DNA of 64,000 nucleotides from an uncultured Gammaproteobacteria bacterium (lineage in GTDB: Bacteria > Patescibacteriota > Patescibacteriia > UBA1558 > GWA2-36-10). How positions within the stretch are numbered: the stretch's first letter is position 1; each line of letters begins with the position of its first letter. The stretch lies in assembly GCA_964633905.1 (NCBI GenBank), contig CAZWIT010000003.1:3193-67192 (forward strand). Direction: 5' to 3'. The notes beneath the pieces were generated by a model. The model was not told where the DNA came from and did not search any database. It was given only the letters and a program-made list of their open reading frames with translations. A program made the translations under genes and the position numbers. Positions 9,645-21,200 of this stretch are shown one piece after another.

Positions 9645-10985
9645 TTAAAATCGTAATAATTTATTTAAATCACCAATGGTATTAAACTCTTCTAAGGTCA
9701 AAACTTGTTCACCTGTCTGTGTGCGTTTGCCAATTAAATTGGAAATTTCTTGACCCTGCATCAAACTGTTAGCCCCTAATTCCAAATATTGTTGATAAAC
9801 AGGACTCTGGCGCCAGGCTGCAATACCAGCTGCCTTTTTGCTCACTGAATCTTTTTCTAAAATAGCAATCTTTTCGTAAATTCTTTGTGCTCTAGAACTA
9901 GCATCAATACCTAGACGACGAAAATTATCAATGCTCATATTAGCTAATTCATCAACCGGACCAACTAAAACGTGTTTTACTGGCACTTTAGCGGGAGCCG
10001 GCGCTTGAGTAATTACATCGTGCAATTTAGCTTTAGCTGTATTTACATTTTGTGGCCTAATTACCTTTGGTAAACTAGGCGAACTGGCTATAGTTGTCTC
10101 TTTTTCTACTTCTTTGACTGGCTCAATAAGCGGTGCTGCTTTTGGCTCTGAGGCCACAACTGGCTTAATGTCTTTGTTTTCAGGAATAGACTCTTGATTA
10201 ATAACAGGCGCTTCGCTTTTGATTATCGGATCTGCTGGCTTGACTGGCCTTGTTTCTGGCATAGCAATCACTGGTGCCAGCACTGGCACAAAATCTGTTT
10301 TTAAAATAGCAACATTCTTTGGTTTTATTTCCAGCTTGGCAAAAGACTCTTTAATGCTATTTTTATGATCTATTTCATTAGCCTTAATAACTAGGCCTCC
10401 CTCTTTTTCAATATTAGCTTTAATGGTTTTAACAAGTGATAAAATAATATCGATGATTTTAGCGTCTATTATTTTATTATTTACAGTAAGCTTACTTAAA
10501 TATTCTCTAACAATAATGCTGTTCTTACGATTACGAAAAAAATCATACAATAAATCAGAAAATAATTGCCGATTATATTGATCTAGATTCAAAGTTTGTT
10601 TTTCTAGGAGCTTGTTGACTATTTTTTCTAAACTATATTTTTTACTATCATCAACAGCTGTTTTTATTGCTGCCTCCTGCAAATGTCTCTCGTCATCTGG
10701 ATGAAAAGCATGCTTAGCCTTATCTCGTGGCTTACCACCTAAACTAAGTAGATAAAAACTATCGTCTTTAGGAGCTACATAAATAGTCGGCAAAATATTT
10801 TCCGCTATTTCAATATCGTCTGACGCAGAATTACTTACTGCCGAAGCATCAGGAACTGTCACCATTACGTCTTGAGCCTGGTGCCAAGACTGTAGTTTAC
10901 CAGTCTGATCCTTGACTAACAGATCATCAAGCCAAGAACTATTTCGAGCTGAAGCATTATTGTTATTATTCAATCCTGATGGCAT
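9645..10985 (-). CDS. Hypothetical protein with a Pro/Lys-rich central linker, first gene of the VirB3/VirB4 block
   Basis: No TM segment. Central low-complexity PxxP/KP-rich segment. No recognisable catalytic motif. Confidence 0.3.
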   Translation of the reverse strand: MPSGLNNNNNASARNSSWLDDLLVKDQTGKLQSWHQAQDVMVTVPDASAVSNSASDDIEIAENILPTIYVAPKDDSFYLLSLGGKPRDKAKHAFHPDDERHLQEAAIKTAVDDSKKYSLEKIVNKLLEKQTLNLDQYNRQLFSDLLYDFFRNRKNSIIVREYLSKLTVNNKIIDAKIIDIILSLVKTIKANIEKEGGLVIKANEIDHKNSIKESFAKLEIKPKNVAILKTDFVPVLAPVIAMPETRPVKPADPIIKSEAPVINQESIPENKDIKPVVASEPKAAPLIEPVKEVEKETTIASSPSLPKVIRPQNVNTAKAKLHDVITQAPAPAKVPVKHVLVGPVDELANMSIDNFRRLGIDASSRAQRIYEKIAILEKDSVSKKAAGIAAWRQSPVYQQYLELGANSLMQGQEISNLIGKRTQTGEQVLTLEEFNTIGDLNKLLRF

Positions 10986-11009
10986 TATATTTTAGCTATT
11001 ACGCTCTTC

Positions 11010-11141
11010 ACCCTGTTAAATAGTCCCTGCTTAAGCTGGGACTCCCGCTAATAAAACTTTGTGAGTTTGTTTTAAATTTAGGGTAATAATTTTATTAATT
11101 TTTTATGATGAAAGCAATAAGATGGCGGGATTTAACAGGGT
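11010..11141. repeat. MITE-like element, copy 1, bounded by 12-bp perfect inverted termini ACCCTGTTAAAT / ATTTAACAGGGT
   Basis: Termini read directly. Internal GC hairpins AGTCCCTGCTTAAGCTGGGACT and CCCGC...GCGGG. Three more copies with identical termini are elsewhere in the window. Confidence 0.6.
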
Positions 11142-11170
11142 TAATTATAACATATTTTAGCCTCCATCGC

Positions 11171-11205
11171 CAATAACAAAACCCAGCTGCTCGAGAGCAG
11201 CTGGG
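11171..11205 (-). terminator. Intrinsic terminator downstream of efp
   Basis: A 10-bp perfect stem CCCAGCTGCT/AGCAGCTGGG with a CGAG loop, followed on the minus strand by a U-rich tract (rc of caataacaaaa). Confidence 0.5.
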
Positions 11206-11238
11206 AGTGTCCAGTTTTTATATTGTATATATTAAATT

Positions 11239-11796
11239 TTAAGCTCTAGAGACGTATTCACCACTTTCAGTATTGATAATTATCTGATCGTTGGCTTTGA
11301 CAAACATCGGCGTTCTAATTTCTAAACCGTTTTCAAGGGTTACTACCTTAGTAACTGCCCCGGCACTATTACCTTTTACTCCTTCTGGAGCAGATACAAC
11401 TGTAAAAGTCATCTTAGTTGGTAATTCAATGCTGATTGGCTTATTATTAAAAATCAAAACATCTACTTCTTGGCCTTCTTTTAAATACTTTACAGCATCG
11501 CCAAGATTATCTTTATCAAATTGAAATTGTTCAAAATCTTCATTATTCATGAAAAAATAATCATCCCCTTGTTGATAAAGAAAATTAGCCTTAGAGTGAG
11601 CCATATCAGCTAATTCTACAGTGTCTGAACCAGAAAAAGTTTTTTCTAGAGTATTACCGCTAATCAAATTTTTCAACTTAGTCTTAACAACTGCCCCGCC
11701 TCTGGCTACTTTAATGTGTTGATTAAAGACAACCTGATAAGGCTCATCATTAACGACTAAGACTTTGTTTAATTTTAAATCACTTAATGATCCCAT
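11239..11796 (-). CDS. efp: Translation elongation factor P
   Basis: 185 aa. The N-terminal KOW-like region and OB domains look typical of EF-P. Adjacent to a ribosomal protein operon. Confidence 0.8.
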   Translation of the reverse strand: MGSLSDLKLNKVLVVNDEPYQVVFNQHIKVARGGAVVKTKLKNLISGNTLEKTFSGSDTVELADMAHSKANFLYQQGDDYFFMNNEDFEQFQFDKDNLGDAVKYLKEGQEVDVLIFNNKPISIELPTKMTFTVVSAPEGVKGNSAGAVTKVVTLENGLEIRTPMFVKANDQIIINTESGEYVSRA

Positions 11797-11800
11797 AACT

Positions 11801-12019
11801 TTATCTGGCTACATAAGGTAAAATGGCCATAAAACGAGCGCGTTTAATGGCTTGAGCTAATTTACGTTGATGTTTAGAACAAACACCATTACGTCTTTTG
11901 GGAGTAATCTTGCCATAAGAAGAAATAAATCTCTGCAAGGACTGCCAATCTTTATAATCAATTTCATCAACATTATTTACACAAAAGAAACAATGTTTTT
12001 TATCTAATTTAACATGCAT
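11801..12019 (-). CDS. rpsR: 30S ribosomal protein S18
   Basis: 72 aa. KITPKRRNGVCSKHQRKLAQAIKRARFMAILPY is characteristic of S18. Confidence 0.85.
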   Translation of the reverse strand: MHVKLDKKHCFFCVNNVDEIDYKDWQSLQRFISSYGKITPKRRNGVCSKHQRKLAQAIKRARFMAILPYVAR

Positions 12020-12039
12020 AAAATTAAAATAATAAATTT

Positions 12040-12510
12040 TTAAAAAGGAATATCTTCTAAACTAATTTCCTCTTCGCCAATATTTGATCCACCATCCATA
12101 GGCGGTACTTGGCTATAATCATTAGAGCGCTTTGGAGCACTGCTAGCATTATCACTAAAATTACTAGCCCCGTTACCAGTACCCATCTTATCTAACATAA
12201 TCATATTGTCAGCAATGATTTCAGTGCGATAACGTTTGATGCCATTAGGATCATCCCAAGAACGGGTTTGCAAACGACCTTCAATATAAATCTTGCTACC
12301 CTTTTTGACGTATTGATTGACAATTTCAGCAAGTCTACGCCAAGCTACAATATTATGAAATTCAGCTTTTTCTTGCTTTTGGCCAGCTGCATCCTTCCAA
12401 GTAAAATTAGTAGCAATCGCAAAAGAAGTAACATTTTGACCACTGGGAGTTGTGCGCATCTCTGGATCACGAACAACGTTACCAATAATCATAACCTTGT
12501 TTAAATTCAT
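12040..12510 (-). CDS. ssb: Single-stranded DNA-binding protein
   Basis: OB-fold N-terminus MNLNKVMIIGNVVRDPEMR, a Gly/Asn-rich tail and a C-terminal DIPF motif. Confidence 0.85.
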   Translation of the reverse strand: MNLNKVMIIGNVVRDPEMRTTPSGQNVTSFAIATNFTWKDAAGQKQEKAEFHNIVAWRRLAEIVNQYVKKGSKIYIEGRLQTRSWDDPNGIKRYRTEIIADNMIMLDKMGTGNGASNFSDNASSAPKRSNDYSQVPPMDGGSNIGEEEISLEDIPF

Positions 12511-12520
12511 ATATTTACTA

Positions 12521-13045
12521 TTAATCTAAATTAGGTTCCTTAGTTAAAATTTCATCCAATTTTTTATCAATATCGTCCAAACTTAAAGTTGGCTGACCTT
12601 TGGACTCTTCTACTTTCTTAGTAGCTGAAGCAGTACTTCTGTGACTAGTTGTTCTAGCAGTAGTAGTAGTGGAGGTTTTTTTAGGACGACGAGTTAAGAC
12701 CTCTGGCTTACTAGCGTTCATTAACTTAGCAATTAAATTAGCAGGAGTTGGTTTATCCTTTTTTAATACTAAGTGACGTAAAATTTCTGGATTATGTTTT
12801 AAACTTAAATCCAGTTGTTTTAAATTAGCCTTATCTTCAGTCTCTAGGCTAAAATCTAAAAAAACATAAAAACCATGTTTTTGTGTTTTAATGGGATAAC
12901 TTAGTTTGCGACGACCCAAAAGGTGCCAATCGCCTACTATTTTGGCGCCGATATTATTCAAATATTCGGCTACTGTAGTCTGAATGCGTGCCTGATCATT
13001 TTCTGGCACCACTGGACTAACAATAAAAGATAGTTCGTAGTACAT
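12521..13045 (-). CDS. rpsF: 30S ribosomal protein S6 with a long charged C-terminal extension
   Basis: MYYELSFIVSP... is typical S6 over the first ~100 aa, followed by a Thr/Ser/Lys-rich tail. The rpsF-ssb-rpsR order is conserved. Confidence 0.8.
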   Translation of the reverse strand: MYYELSFIVSPVVPENDQARIQTTVAEYLNNIGAKIVGDWHLLGRRKLSYPIKTQKHGFYVFLDFSLETEDKANLKQLDLSLKHNPEILRHLVLKKDKPTPANLIAKLMNASKPEVLTRRPKKTSTTTTARTTSHRSTASATKKVEESKGQPTLSLDDIDKKLDEILTKEPNLD

Positions 13046-13224
13046 TATTATGACTATTAATTACCCTAGTTTTTAATAATTAGGGATCCTTTAAAATTAA
13101 ATTTAAAGAATGTGGTTAATCAAATTGTCCAATAATTTGGACTTCGAAACTCTACCATAAAAATTATACTAAGTCAAGACTAGCTGTCATTGCTTAAAAA
13201 GCATTTTTTTACTATTATTTATAC

Positions 13225-14412
13225 ATGTCAAAATATATTTTCATCTTAGGCCAAGCCAGTGATTTAAGTAGAGCTGAAATTTTTAGTCTCTACAAAAATA
13301 TTACTAATATTAGCGAAAATATCCTAATGTTAGAGGCTAAACTAGACCCTAAAATAACTTTAAAAAAACTAGGTGGCACTATTAAAATTGCCGAGTATTT
13401 AAAAACTATTGACGATTTAGAAGAGCTGACAGCTACTTGGTGGTCTGAGCAGCTTAATATTTCTGAAGATAAAGGTAAAATCAACTTTGGCTTTAGTCTC
13501 TACAACGATCACCAAAAAAATTATCAAAAAATTACTAAAATTGCTCTAGCTACTAAAAAAAATTTAAAAATAAAAAACCTTAGTTGCCGCTTAGTAGTTG
13601 GACGCGAAGCTATTTTATCATCTGTCATTGTAGCTAAAAATAAATTAATCGACCGCGAATTACTAATTATCAAAGATAATGGTAAATATATTTTAGCCCA
13701 AACTAAGGCTGTGCAAGATTTTGAAGATTATAGCCAAAGAGATATCAATCGCCCCATCAGAGACGACCGCTCTGGCATGTTGCCAATCAAAGTTGCTCAA
13801 ATGATGTTAAATTTAGCTGGCACAAAACTAACTGAAAATATACTTGATCCTTTTTGTGGTTCAGGCACAATTTTACAGGAAGCAGCTTTAGCGGGTTACC
13901 CCACTATCTATGGCAGTGATATTAGTGCTGACACCACCCGCTCTGCGCAAGAAAATATTAACTGGCTACAAAAACAACTAAATAAAACTAGCCAAATTAT
14001 TCTAAAAACTACTAGCGTCGAAAATTTAAGCCAGCATTTCAAAAAACAATCAATCGACTTAATAGTTAGTGAGCCCTTTATGGGCGAGGCTCGCTTGATA
14101 AAACAAAATCACCGTCCCGAGACAATTTATGATATTGCTCAAGATCTAAGCCAATTGTATATTAAGGCTTTTCAACAATTTAAAATTGTTTTAAAACCAA
14201 ACGCTAAAATTATTTTTATATTTCCTATTTTTAAAATTGGTAAAGAATACATTTATACTTTACCACAAGCTCAAATCAAAAAAATTGGTTTTAAGCCAAT
14301 TTTTAGTGCTGCTACTTTAAATTATCCTTCCAAAAATGGCAACATTATCTATGCTCGACCTGAACAAATAGTTCAAAGAGAAATTGCTATTTATTCTATC
14401 CAAGCTAATTGA
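13225..14412 (+). CDS. THUMP-domain class I SAM-dependent RNA methyltransferase (Trm11/RlmL-like)
   Basis: SAM motif I DPFCGSGTILQEAALAG and an N-terminal THUMP-like region. Confidence 0.55.
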   Translation: MSKYIFILGQASDLSRAEIFSLYKNITNISENILMLEAKLDPKITLKKLGGTIKIAEYLKTIDDLEELTATWWSEQLNISEDKGKINFGFSLYNDHQKNYQKITKIALATKKNLKIKNLSCRLVVGREAILSSVIVAKNKLIDRELLIIKDNGKYILAQTKAVQDFEDYSQRDINRPIRDDRSGMLPIKVAQMMLNLAGTKLTENILDPFCGSGTILQEAALAGYPTIYGSDISADTTRSAQENINWLQKQLNKTSQIILKTTSVENLSQHFKKQSIDLIVSEPFMGEARLIKQNHRPETIYDIAQDLSQLYIKAFQQFKIVLKPNAKIIFIFPIFKIGKEYIYTLPQAQIKKIGFKPIFSAATLNYPSKNGNIIYARPEQIVQREIAIYSIQAN

Positions 14413-15626
14413 TTATTGATCAGGTGCAGACCGCGCCACTTTAAAACACCCTCTTTTTGGTCAAGATAAACAACTTGTCCAGATTTGGGCCAAATATTAG
14501 TTAGATAAAAAGCCGCTACAGTTGATTCATCTTCGGCGAGCTTCATTTTCTCTTCCAAAACCATTTCTAAAAATAAACGCCGACTAATCAGCTTATCCTG
14601 ATTATTGTCTAACCAAGCAGCTAAACTATTACCATAACGAACAGTAATAAATCTTTTTAAGATATTACGAAAACGATTATCCTCTATAAGCAGAGCATCT
14701 AACACTTTTTTTTCAGCTAAAACCTTTAGACAGGTTAAAATTTTAGTTCTATCTTGCACACCTAAAGCTTGCCACAAAACATCTCTTAATTTAAAAATAT
14801 CATTACCAGCCTCTGACATAATAAAATCGGTTGGCAAAACCACGCTTTCAATTTGTTTAAGATTTTTTTCTAGATTTTTAACAGCTGCTTCCAAGTCAAC
14901 TTCTTTGGATTTATTAACATTTTGATCTTCAATAACTTTAGCAGTCAAAAATCCGTTAAGCAATTGCCACCATAAAATAACATTATCATCATAAGAAAGT
15001 AAAACATTGCGCAGACTTTCTTTTTCTTCACTACTCAATTCTAAAGCATTGGGAGCTTTAGCTAAATATTGAGCCCTTTGTAAAGAATTATGATAGCCAG
15101 CTCCTAAAAAGTGAACGTAATCCTGCAGCCAATTATCAAGCGAAGGCAAAAGCATACGGCCATCTTGGCTGTATATTTTTTTACCGGATAAGCGTAAATC
15201 TTTAAAATCATCATACTGCAAAAGAAGCTGCCTAACCATGCCCTTGATCTCTCCTGGAAAAGACTTTGTTTGATTTACAGAGCCCTTTAAATGCTGCGGT
15301 AAGGGCACTTTGCCGCCTAAGCGCAAAATTAAACGGTCAACACTAAATAAATAATCTTGAATTGGCCATAATAATTTAGTGGCAATTTGCAAAGATAATA
15401 AACGTAAATCTAAAATTTCTGCCCTTGGTATTTTAGCTAAACGCTGAGGCAAATCTAAAACATCTATTTTTTTCAAAAATATTTGGTCCTCTAGCTCACT
15501 GATAAAATCTAGTTGATCAGCATCCAGACTAAACTGCGAAACTAATTCTTGATTAATATTATCTAATTTGTACCAGACAAAATCTTGAATTGCTTCTGGC
15601 AATGTTAACCATTGCTCTCTGTCCAT
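14391..15626 (-). CDS. Hypothetical cytoplasmic protein, last gene of the giant-protein/VirB6 operon
   Basis: 411 aa with no TM segment. It sits 24 bp downstream of the VirB6-like gene. Confidence 0.3.
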   Translation of the reverse strand: MDREQWLTLPEAIQDFVWYKLDNINQELVSQFSLDADQLDFISELEDQIFLKKIDVLDLPQRLAKIPRAEILDLRLLSLQIATKLLWPIQDYLFSVDRLILRLGGKVPLPQHLKGSVNQTKSFPGEIKGMVRQLLLQYDDFKDLRLSGKKIYSQDGRMLLPSLDNWLQDYVHFLGAGYHNSLQRAQYLAKAPNALELSSEEKESLRNVLLSYDDNVILWWQLLNGFLTAKVIEDQNVNKSKEVDLEAAVKNLEKNLKQIESVVLPTDFIMSEAGNDIFKLRDVLWQALGVQDRTKILTCLKVLAEKKVLDALLIEDNRFRNILKRFITVRYGNSLAAWLDNNQDKLISRRLFLEMVLEEKMKLAEDESTVAAFYLTNIWPKSGQVVYLDQKEGVLKWRGLHLINNQLAWIE

Positions 15627-15649
15627 TTTTTATTTTTAATTTTAATATT

Positions 15650-18220
15650 TTAAGCTTCTTCGTCTTCAGCGCTACTATCCTCAGCGCTACTTGTTGTAGA
15701 TTTTTTAGATGCAACTGTACCAGTTTCTTCAAACTCGGCAAAAGCAGCCTTTAAACCTTCATCACTAGGAGCACTCTTTTTCTTAGAGCCAGACTTGCTA
15801 GCATCTGGGCCAGTTTTTGGATAGGCTGTATTGCGCACAATACTGTTAACAGCTAAGCCTGATTTTTCAAGAATACCCACAAAAGTTTGCAACATTTTCT
15901 GGTCTTTATTGGCTAACATAAATTGCTTTTGTTGTTCGCTGCTAGCTCGTCTAGCATATTCAACCATTAATTTATAATCATCTGACCCCTCAACATTCAT
16001 CTCGGGCATATCAGCTAAATTTAAATTACCAAAATCAGCCTTAGCAACTACGGAATCCCACAGTTTCTTACGTAAACCATTATTAACATCTTCAATAGCT
16101 GTTTTTTCTTCATCTGTTCTAGCACTAGCTAAGGCCCTACTAACAACTTCCTCAATCCTATCTGTAACATCACCCGGATTAAAGACACCAGCCACGCTAG
16201 CCATCTTAACAGCTGCATTATCAGCATTAGCTTTGATATCTAAATTGCCAGCTGCATCCGTGGCGATATTGCCATCTTTGTCTCTTTTTATCACATCTGA
16301 ACTATCATCTTTAATTGCATCAATATCTACCTTCATTTCTTTCATGGCAGCTTTGGCCGCTTTTTGAGCAGCTTTGTCCATCTTTTTCAAAGCATCAACA
16401 ATTTCTGTATGCGCCACTTTACTAGCTGGATCTAACAAAGAACTTATCAAATGCTTAAAGCCTTCGGTGGTACTACCATCTTCATCAGTAATACTCTCGG
16501 ATCTTAAGTTTTCTAAAACTTTAGCACCTTTATCTTTGACTGCTTCATCAGCTTCAGCAGCATTATAAGCATTAGCATAGCGCGATTGTAAATTTTTAAT
16601 TGCTTCTTCATTGCCACCCTTACGCAAAGTTTCAACAATAGTAGTAACCTGCTGCGGATCCAACTTTCTACCTGGTTTACCCATTCTCTCTGCTAAAGCA
16701 TATTCATAATCAGTGGAGCCACCAGCTGTCATTATTCTTTCAGCCAAACGTCTTCTTTCATCAGCAGGAGTAAGCGCCATTGGCCGTCGGCGCGATCCAT
16801 AGCCACCAGCACCAGCCCGAGAACGCAAATATTCTTCGCGATACCTTTCTGGTATAGCTGCTAATTCTCTCTTTAATCTTTCATCCCTTCTACGCTCATC
16901 AGCACCACGTATCTGCATTGCCCCGCTTTGTAAAAATCTACCAGCGCCAGGCACTTTACCTAAGGCCCTTGCCTTACCTTTTTCATCAATAGCGAATCCA
17001 GCCAATTGACCACTCAATTTACCTTTAACAGCGCCTGCGCGAGCACTAATCTCACCACCCAACATCTTATAGCCACCAGAATAAGCTGATTCAAAACGGC
17101 CAATGGTTTGACGAGCAACCCCTTTATTAACATTACTAGCATAAGATTCCAGCTTACCTAAGCCTGATCGTGCTATACCAGCGCCAGCTGTGCCTGATTG
17201 TGAGGCAAATTTTAAACCAGAAACAAGTAAGGCTATTGCTACAATATAATTTAAAAAAGAATCAACGGTAGTGCCTTTGGTTGGGCCACCACCACCTAAA
17301 CCTTCTTCAATAGTAGAATTATTACTACCAGCTCTTACTTCTGTTTTTTTCAAATTAGCCCTCAAATCCTCCTTTACTATTTTTGTAGAAACATCGCCGT
17401 TGCCAGTAATAGTAAAAGTCAACCACAAGAAAAAAGCTAAAGCTGGACCAATTATCAAACTCTTAGTTAATTCTTGCTCCCATTCATTATAATATTTTTT
17501 AGTTTGCGGATAAGCATAAGCTAAAAATGCTAAAGGCGATAAAATAGTTAAAATCCAAAGAGTAACAATACGCAATACCAGCATCAATAAAAAGATGCCA
17601 ATCAAAACTACTGCTACGATCAACATAATACCGCCCAAAAATACGGCTGATATAAAAGAAGACCAAGTAACACCAGCGCCATCACGATTTAAAGAGTCTA
17701 AATTCAAGGTATTATGAAGACCTAAAGCTGATTGGAAACTACCAGCGGCCACATCTTTCCAAGCCGCCACAAAAGTCAACATAATAATCTGGACAAAATC
17801 AACTGCCAAACCAATAATAGTGCGACTAAAATTAATTAAAATTGCCATTATCAAAATACTGGAAAGCAAGTTTTTATAACCATAACCTTTAAGTTGTAAT
17901 ATTGTACCAAAAGACATAATAAGCAAAAGGACAATAAAAAACATATTGGCCAAATCACGTAAAATTTTCCAGGTTTCAACTACTTTTTCTTCACGGACAA
18001 AATCGCCATATTGAGCAACAATAGGTAATAAAACCATTTCTAGTTGCATAATCAAAACAAAAGGCCAAAATAAAGTCCAGTAAATAATACTGCCAACAAA
18101 CTCTGCCAATTTGTCAATCATACCAGCTGAAGCGCCTAATGGTAATAAAAGTAATATTAAAAATATTGCTATAATACCGACCTTTTTAGGTGAAGAAAGT
18201 GATAAAGATTTTATGGTCAT
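15650..18220 (-). CDS. VirB6/TrbL-like polytopic membrane protein with a long charged low-complexity C-terminal extension
   Basis: At least six TM helices in the first ~300 aa, then a Gly/Ala/Lys/Glu-rich ~550-aa tail. This is the typical arrangement of extended VirB6 homologs. Confidence 0.55.
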   Translation of the reverse strand: MTIKSLSLSSPKKVGIIAIFLILLLLPLGASAGMIDKLAEFVGSIIYWTLFWPFVLIMQLEMVLLPIVAQYGDFVREEKVVETWKILRDLANMFFIVLLLIMSFGTILQLKGYGYKNLLSSILIMAILINFSRTIIGLAVDFVQIIMLTFVAAWKDVAAGSFQSALGLHNTLNLDSLNRDGAGVTWSSFISAVFLGGIMLIVAVVLIGIFLLMLVLRIVTLWILTILSPLAFLAYAYPQTKKYYNEWEQELTKSLIIGPALAFFLWLTFTITGNGDVSTKIVKEDLRANLKKTEVRAGSNNSTIEEGLGGGGPTKGTTVDSFLNYIVAIALLVSGLKFASQSGTAGAGIARSGLGKLESYASNVNKGVARQTIGRFESAYSGGYKMLGGEISARAGAVKGKLSGQLAGFAIDEKGKARALGKVPGAGRFLQSGAMQIRGADERRRDERLKRELAAIPERYREEYLRSRAGAGGYGSRRRPMALTPADERRRLAERIMTAGGSTDYEYALAERMGKPGRKLDPQQVTTIVETLRKGGNEEAIKNLQSRYANAYNAAEADEAVKDKGAKVLENLRSESITDEDGSTTEGFKHLISSLLDPASKVAHTEIVDALKKMDKAAQKAAKAAMKEMKVDIDAIKDDSSDVIKRDKDGNIATDAAGNLDIKANADNAAVKMASVAGVFNPGDVTDRIEEVVSRALASARTDEEKTAIEDVNNGLRKKLWDSVVAKADFGNLNLADMPEMNVEGSDDYKLMVEYARRASSEQQKQFMLANKDQKMLQTFVGILEKSGLAVNSIVRNTAYPKTGPDASKSGSKKKSAPSDEGLKAAFAEFEETGTVASKKSTTSSAEDSSAEDEEA

Positions 18221-18239
18221 AATATAATAAAATTATAAG

Positions 18240-21200
18240 TTATGGATTAACTACTATCCAACCATCAAAAGCAATAGCATCTGCTCCTGTGTCGTCCCCT
18301 AAACCCCAACGATCAACTATATACATCTTAGGCTTAAAGCAGGCAGCATTTGGAGCTTGCCCAGTTACGCCCTTGGCTGCACAAGAGTGAGTTGGATCAT
18401 TAGTATATTGATAGTCATGATAAAAAATCTTATAACCCTGGCGACAAGCATTATCCAAACCACCAAAACCTGCAAGTCCAGCCGGCGTAGTGTCACAAGA
18501 ACCTACTGTGTCATCAGCGCATACATTAGGCATATTTTGATCAGATCTACAACTGAATAAAGCATTTTTATAGCGACCAGGAGCTGAAGAAAATCTACTA
18601 TCATCCCAATCCATCCTAATATTTACTACTGGCATATGATCTGGATGGGCATAAAAATATGATTTTACTGCTACGAACAAACTTTCTTTTGAGCTGATAA
18701 TACCATCTTGCTCTTCATTGATAGTAATACCACTTTGATAACCAACTATGCTTTGGTCAGCATTTCTAACAGCGCAAGCTGTTTCACCACAAACTTTCAA
18801 AGCGCGCGGCTTATAATCATCGCCAGCATAAGTATTTGGACTTAAGGTACTGTCATCAATAAATTCACTATCGTCACTGACTGCCACATAACTACCATTT
18901 ACTAAATTTAAATTATAAACATTAGCAAAAATTTTAGTCATACGGCTCCGAGCTTCAGGCCAGGCTGAAGCCAATGTAGATGAAGAAAAGAAAGTTACAG
19001 CCGAAGGTTGCTGTGGCCAAATTTGAGTTGGCGGAATTCTAGTAATAACTGCTTTATTAGGATTAAAGTAATCTAAGGCTGCGCCAAAATGAGTAAATAA
19101 ATTATCGCCCTGTCCAGATATACCAAAATAATAAACATCACGGCCGAGCTGATAAATAGCTCTATTATTAGATGAACGATAATAATAACTCAGCCAATCA
19201 TTTGGATCAGTGTCGTGTATTCTTAAAGTATCATTAGCTCTAGAATAGCGCCACCACATATCAGTACGCACCCAAGATTTATCACCAGCTGCGTCTAATT
19301 GCGTGATCAATCTACACTGCTGATAGCAATCACTGCCACAATCTATACCTTCTTTTTCTGGATCGTATGGCGTATCCGTGCGAATAATATTTCTTCTACT
19401 AGTAATTCTGCGATAAGAGGACAAATCCAAGAAGCCAACACTATCAGCTATTGTAATATCCTGACAAACTGCTCCAGCCTCATCGCCAATCGGAGTTGTA
19501 CAGCCCTCAACCTCTTCACCTAAACTAGAATTAACACCAGCGCCAACATCCAATACTATGCTACCATAAGTTTGATTTTGAGGACCAATAATGGTACAGG
19601 ATCCGGTACCGCCTGGCAAAGGATTAGGTATCGAATTAGGAATATTAGCTGTGACAATATTATAAATAATATCTAAACAACCAGATACACTAGCATAATT
19701 ATCATAAGACTCTTGATGAATGATGGCGCCTGGACATTCATAATCAACGCTTAATGTTCCTGTATTTTGAAATTCACCAAAATCACTACACCAATAAATC
19801 ATAGTACCGTTCTCATTATGGCTTTCACTACCAACTGCATTTACACAATTTTTAAAAGCACAATTCAAATCACCATTACAAGGCTGGGAAACATCAATAG
19901 CGCTATAATAAGGTTCATTACTCAAACAAATTGGTGTACTGTTATTAGTATTACTAGGAGGATTTCCTTCTGTGTGGCTACAATTTTCTTGCTGACAAAC
20001 TGTTACTACATTATTCACTCCTGCTGGAAAGGCTGGTTTTACATATATACCATGAGACATTGGACTACACCAACGATCTTGTTCTTTTTTATTATGACCA
20101 TTCCAACCACGCTGATCAAAACCACCAACATTAGTATTGTTAAAATCGCCATCCAAATATTGATTAAGCCAACTTTCATGCCAACCAGGCGCGCACTGCT
20201 CTAAATTATCAGCTACCCCATCTCCTGTTTCTTGTACGCCATAATTTTTATAAGTACCAATCGGGAAATACTCTTGACCAGGACGACTAGCAAAAGGCCA
20301 AACAATAGCACTTTCACCCCAATTACCATCCCTATTAATATAAGCATCATAAAAATATAGCTCTACTAACCCTGTACTCAAGGCATTGGCGTCAAAAATA
20401 TAATCAAAATTACTTAAAGGTAATACAGGTACCTTGCTACTAGCCGTTAAACCTAATGTCCTAGTGCTATCAAAATCTGAGGCTAAAAATAAACTACTAC
20501 CTTCACCAGTCCCGTATTCACCAAGGGAAGGACCCATGCCCAGCGGACTGCGCCAATTATCATTCCAATTAGTCTCAGTAAACAAAGCATTGGCTCCATT
20601 GCGATGCAACCAAGAAACACCTAAGCCAGTATAGGCTGATTGCACTTCATTTTGCCAGCCCATTTTTCTGACGCCATTAAATAACTGACCCGAAATGCCA
20701 TCAGTTACACTATCATCAGGACCATAAGCGCGTAATACTTCTGGATCAGTGTTTAAATAGCCAGCCACCAAAGTTGTCAAAGCTGGAGTATTATTAAAAG
20801 TACTATCCATATAGCGCAAATGGACTTTGGTGCCAGCTGGCACTTTAGCTAAAACTGAACAAAATTGCATATTGTATGGCGCCCCAGCAGTAAAAGTACT
20901 AACACAATAATATCTAGTTTCCGGCACTACATAATCTTCAGTAGCTGCACAGAATAAAGCATCTTGCCCAGTTGGATTATAGTAGCCAGCTTCTTGGTAA
21001 TTTTCATATAAACTATTTGTACCAGAAATTTGTTCAGCAGGATACCATTGGTTACAATAATAATCATTACCAGCATCTTTGACTAATTGATTATTATAAT
21101 CATAGCTTAGACAAATGCCTGACCAATTATTAATATTTTCTATTTTAGTATATTTTTCACAAAGACCATTTTGTTGCGAAACGCCATTATTGTCTACCGT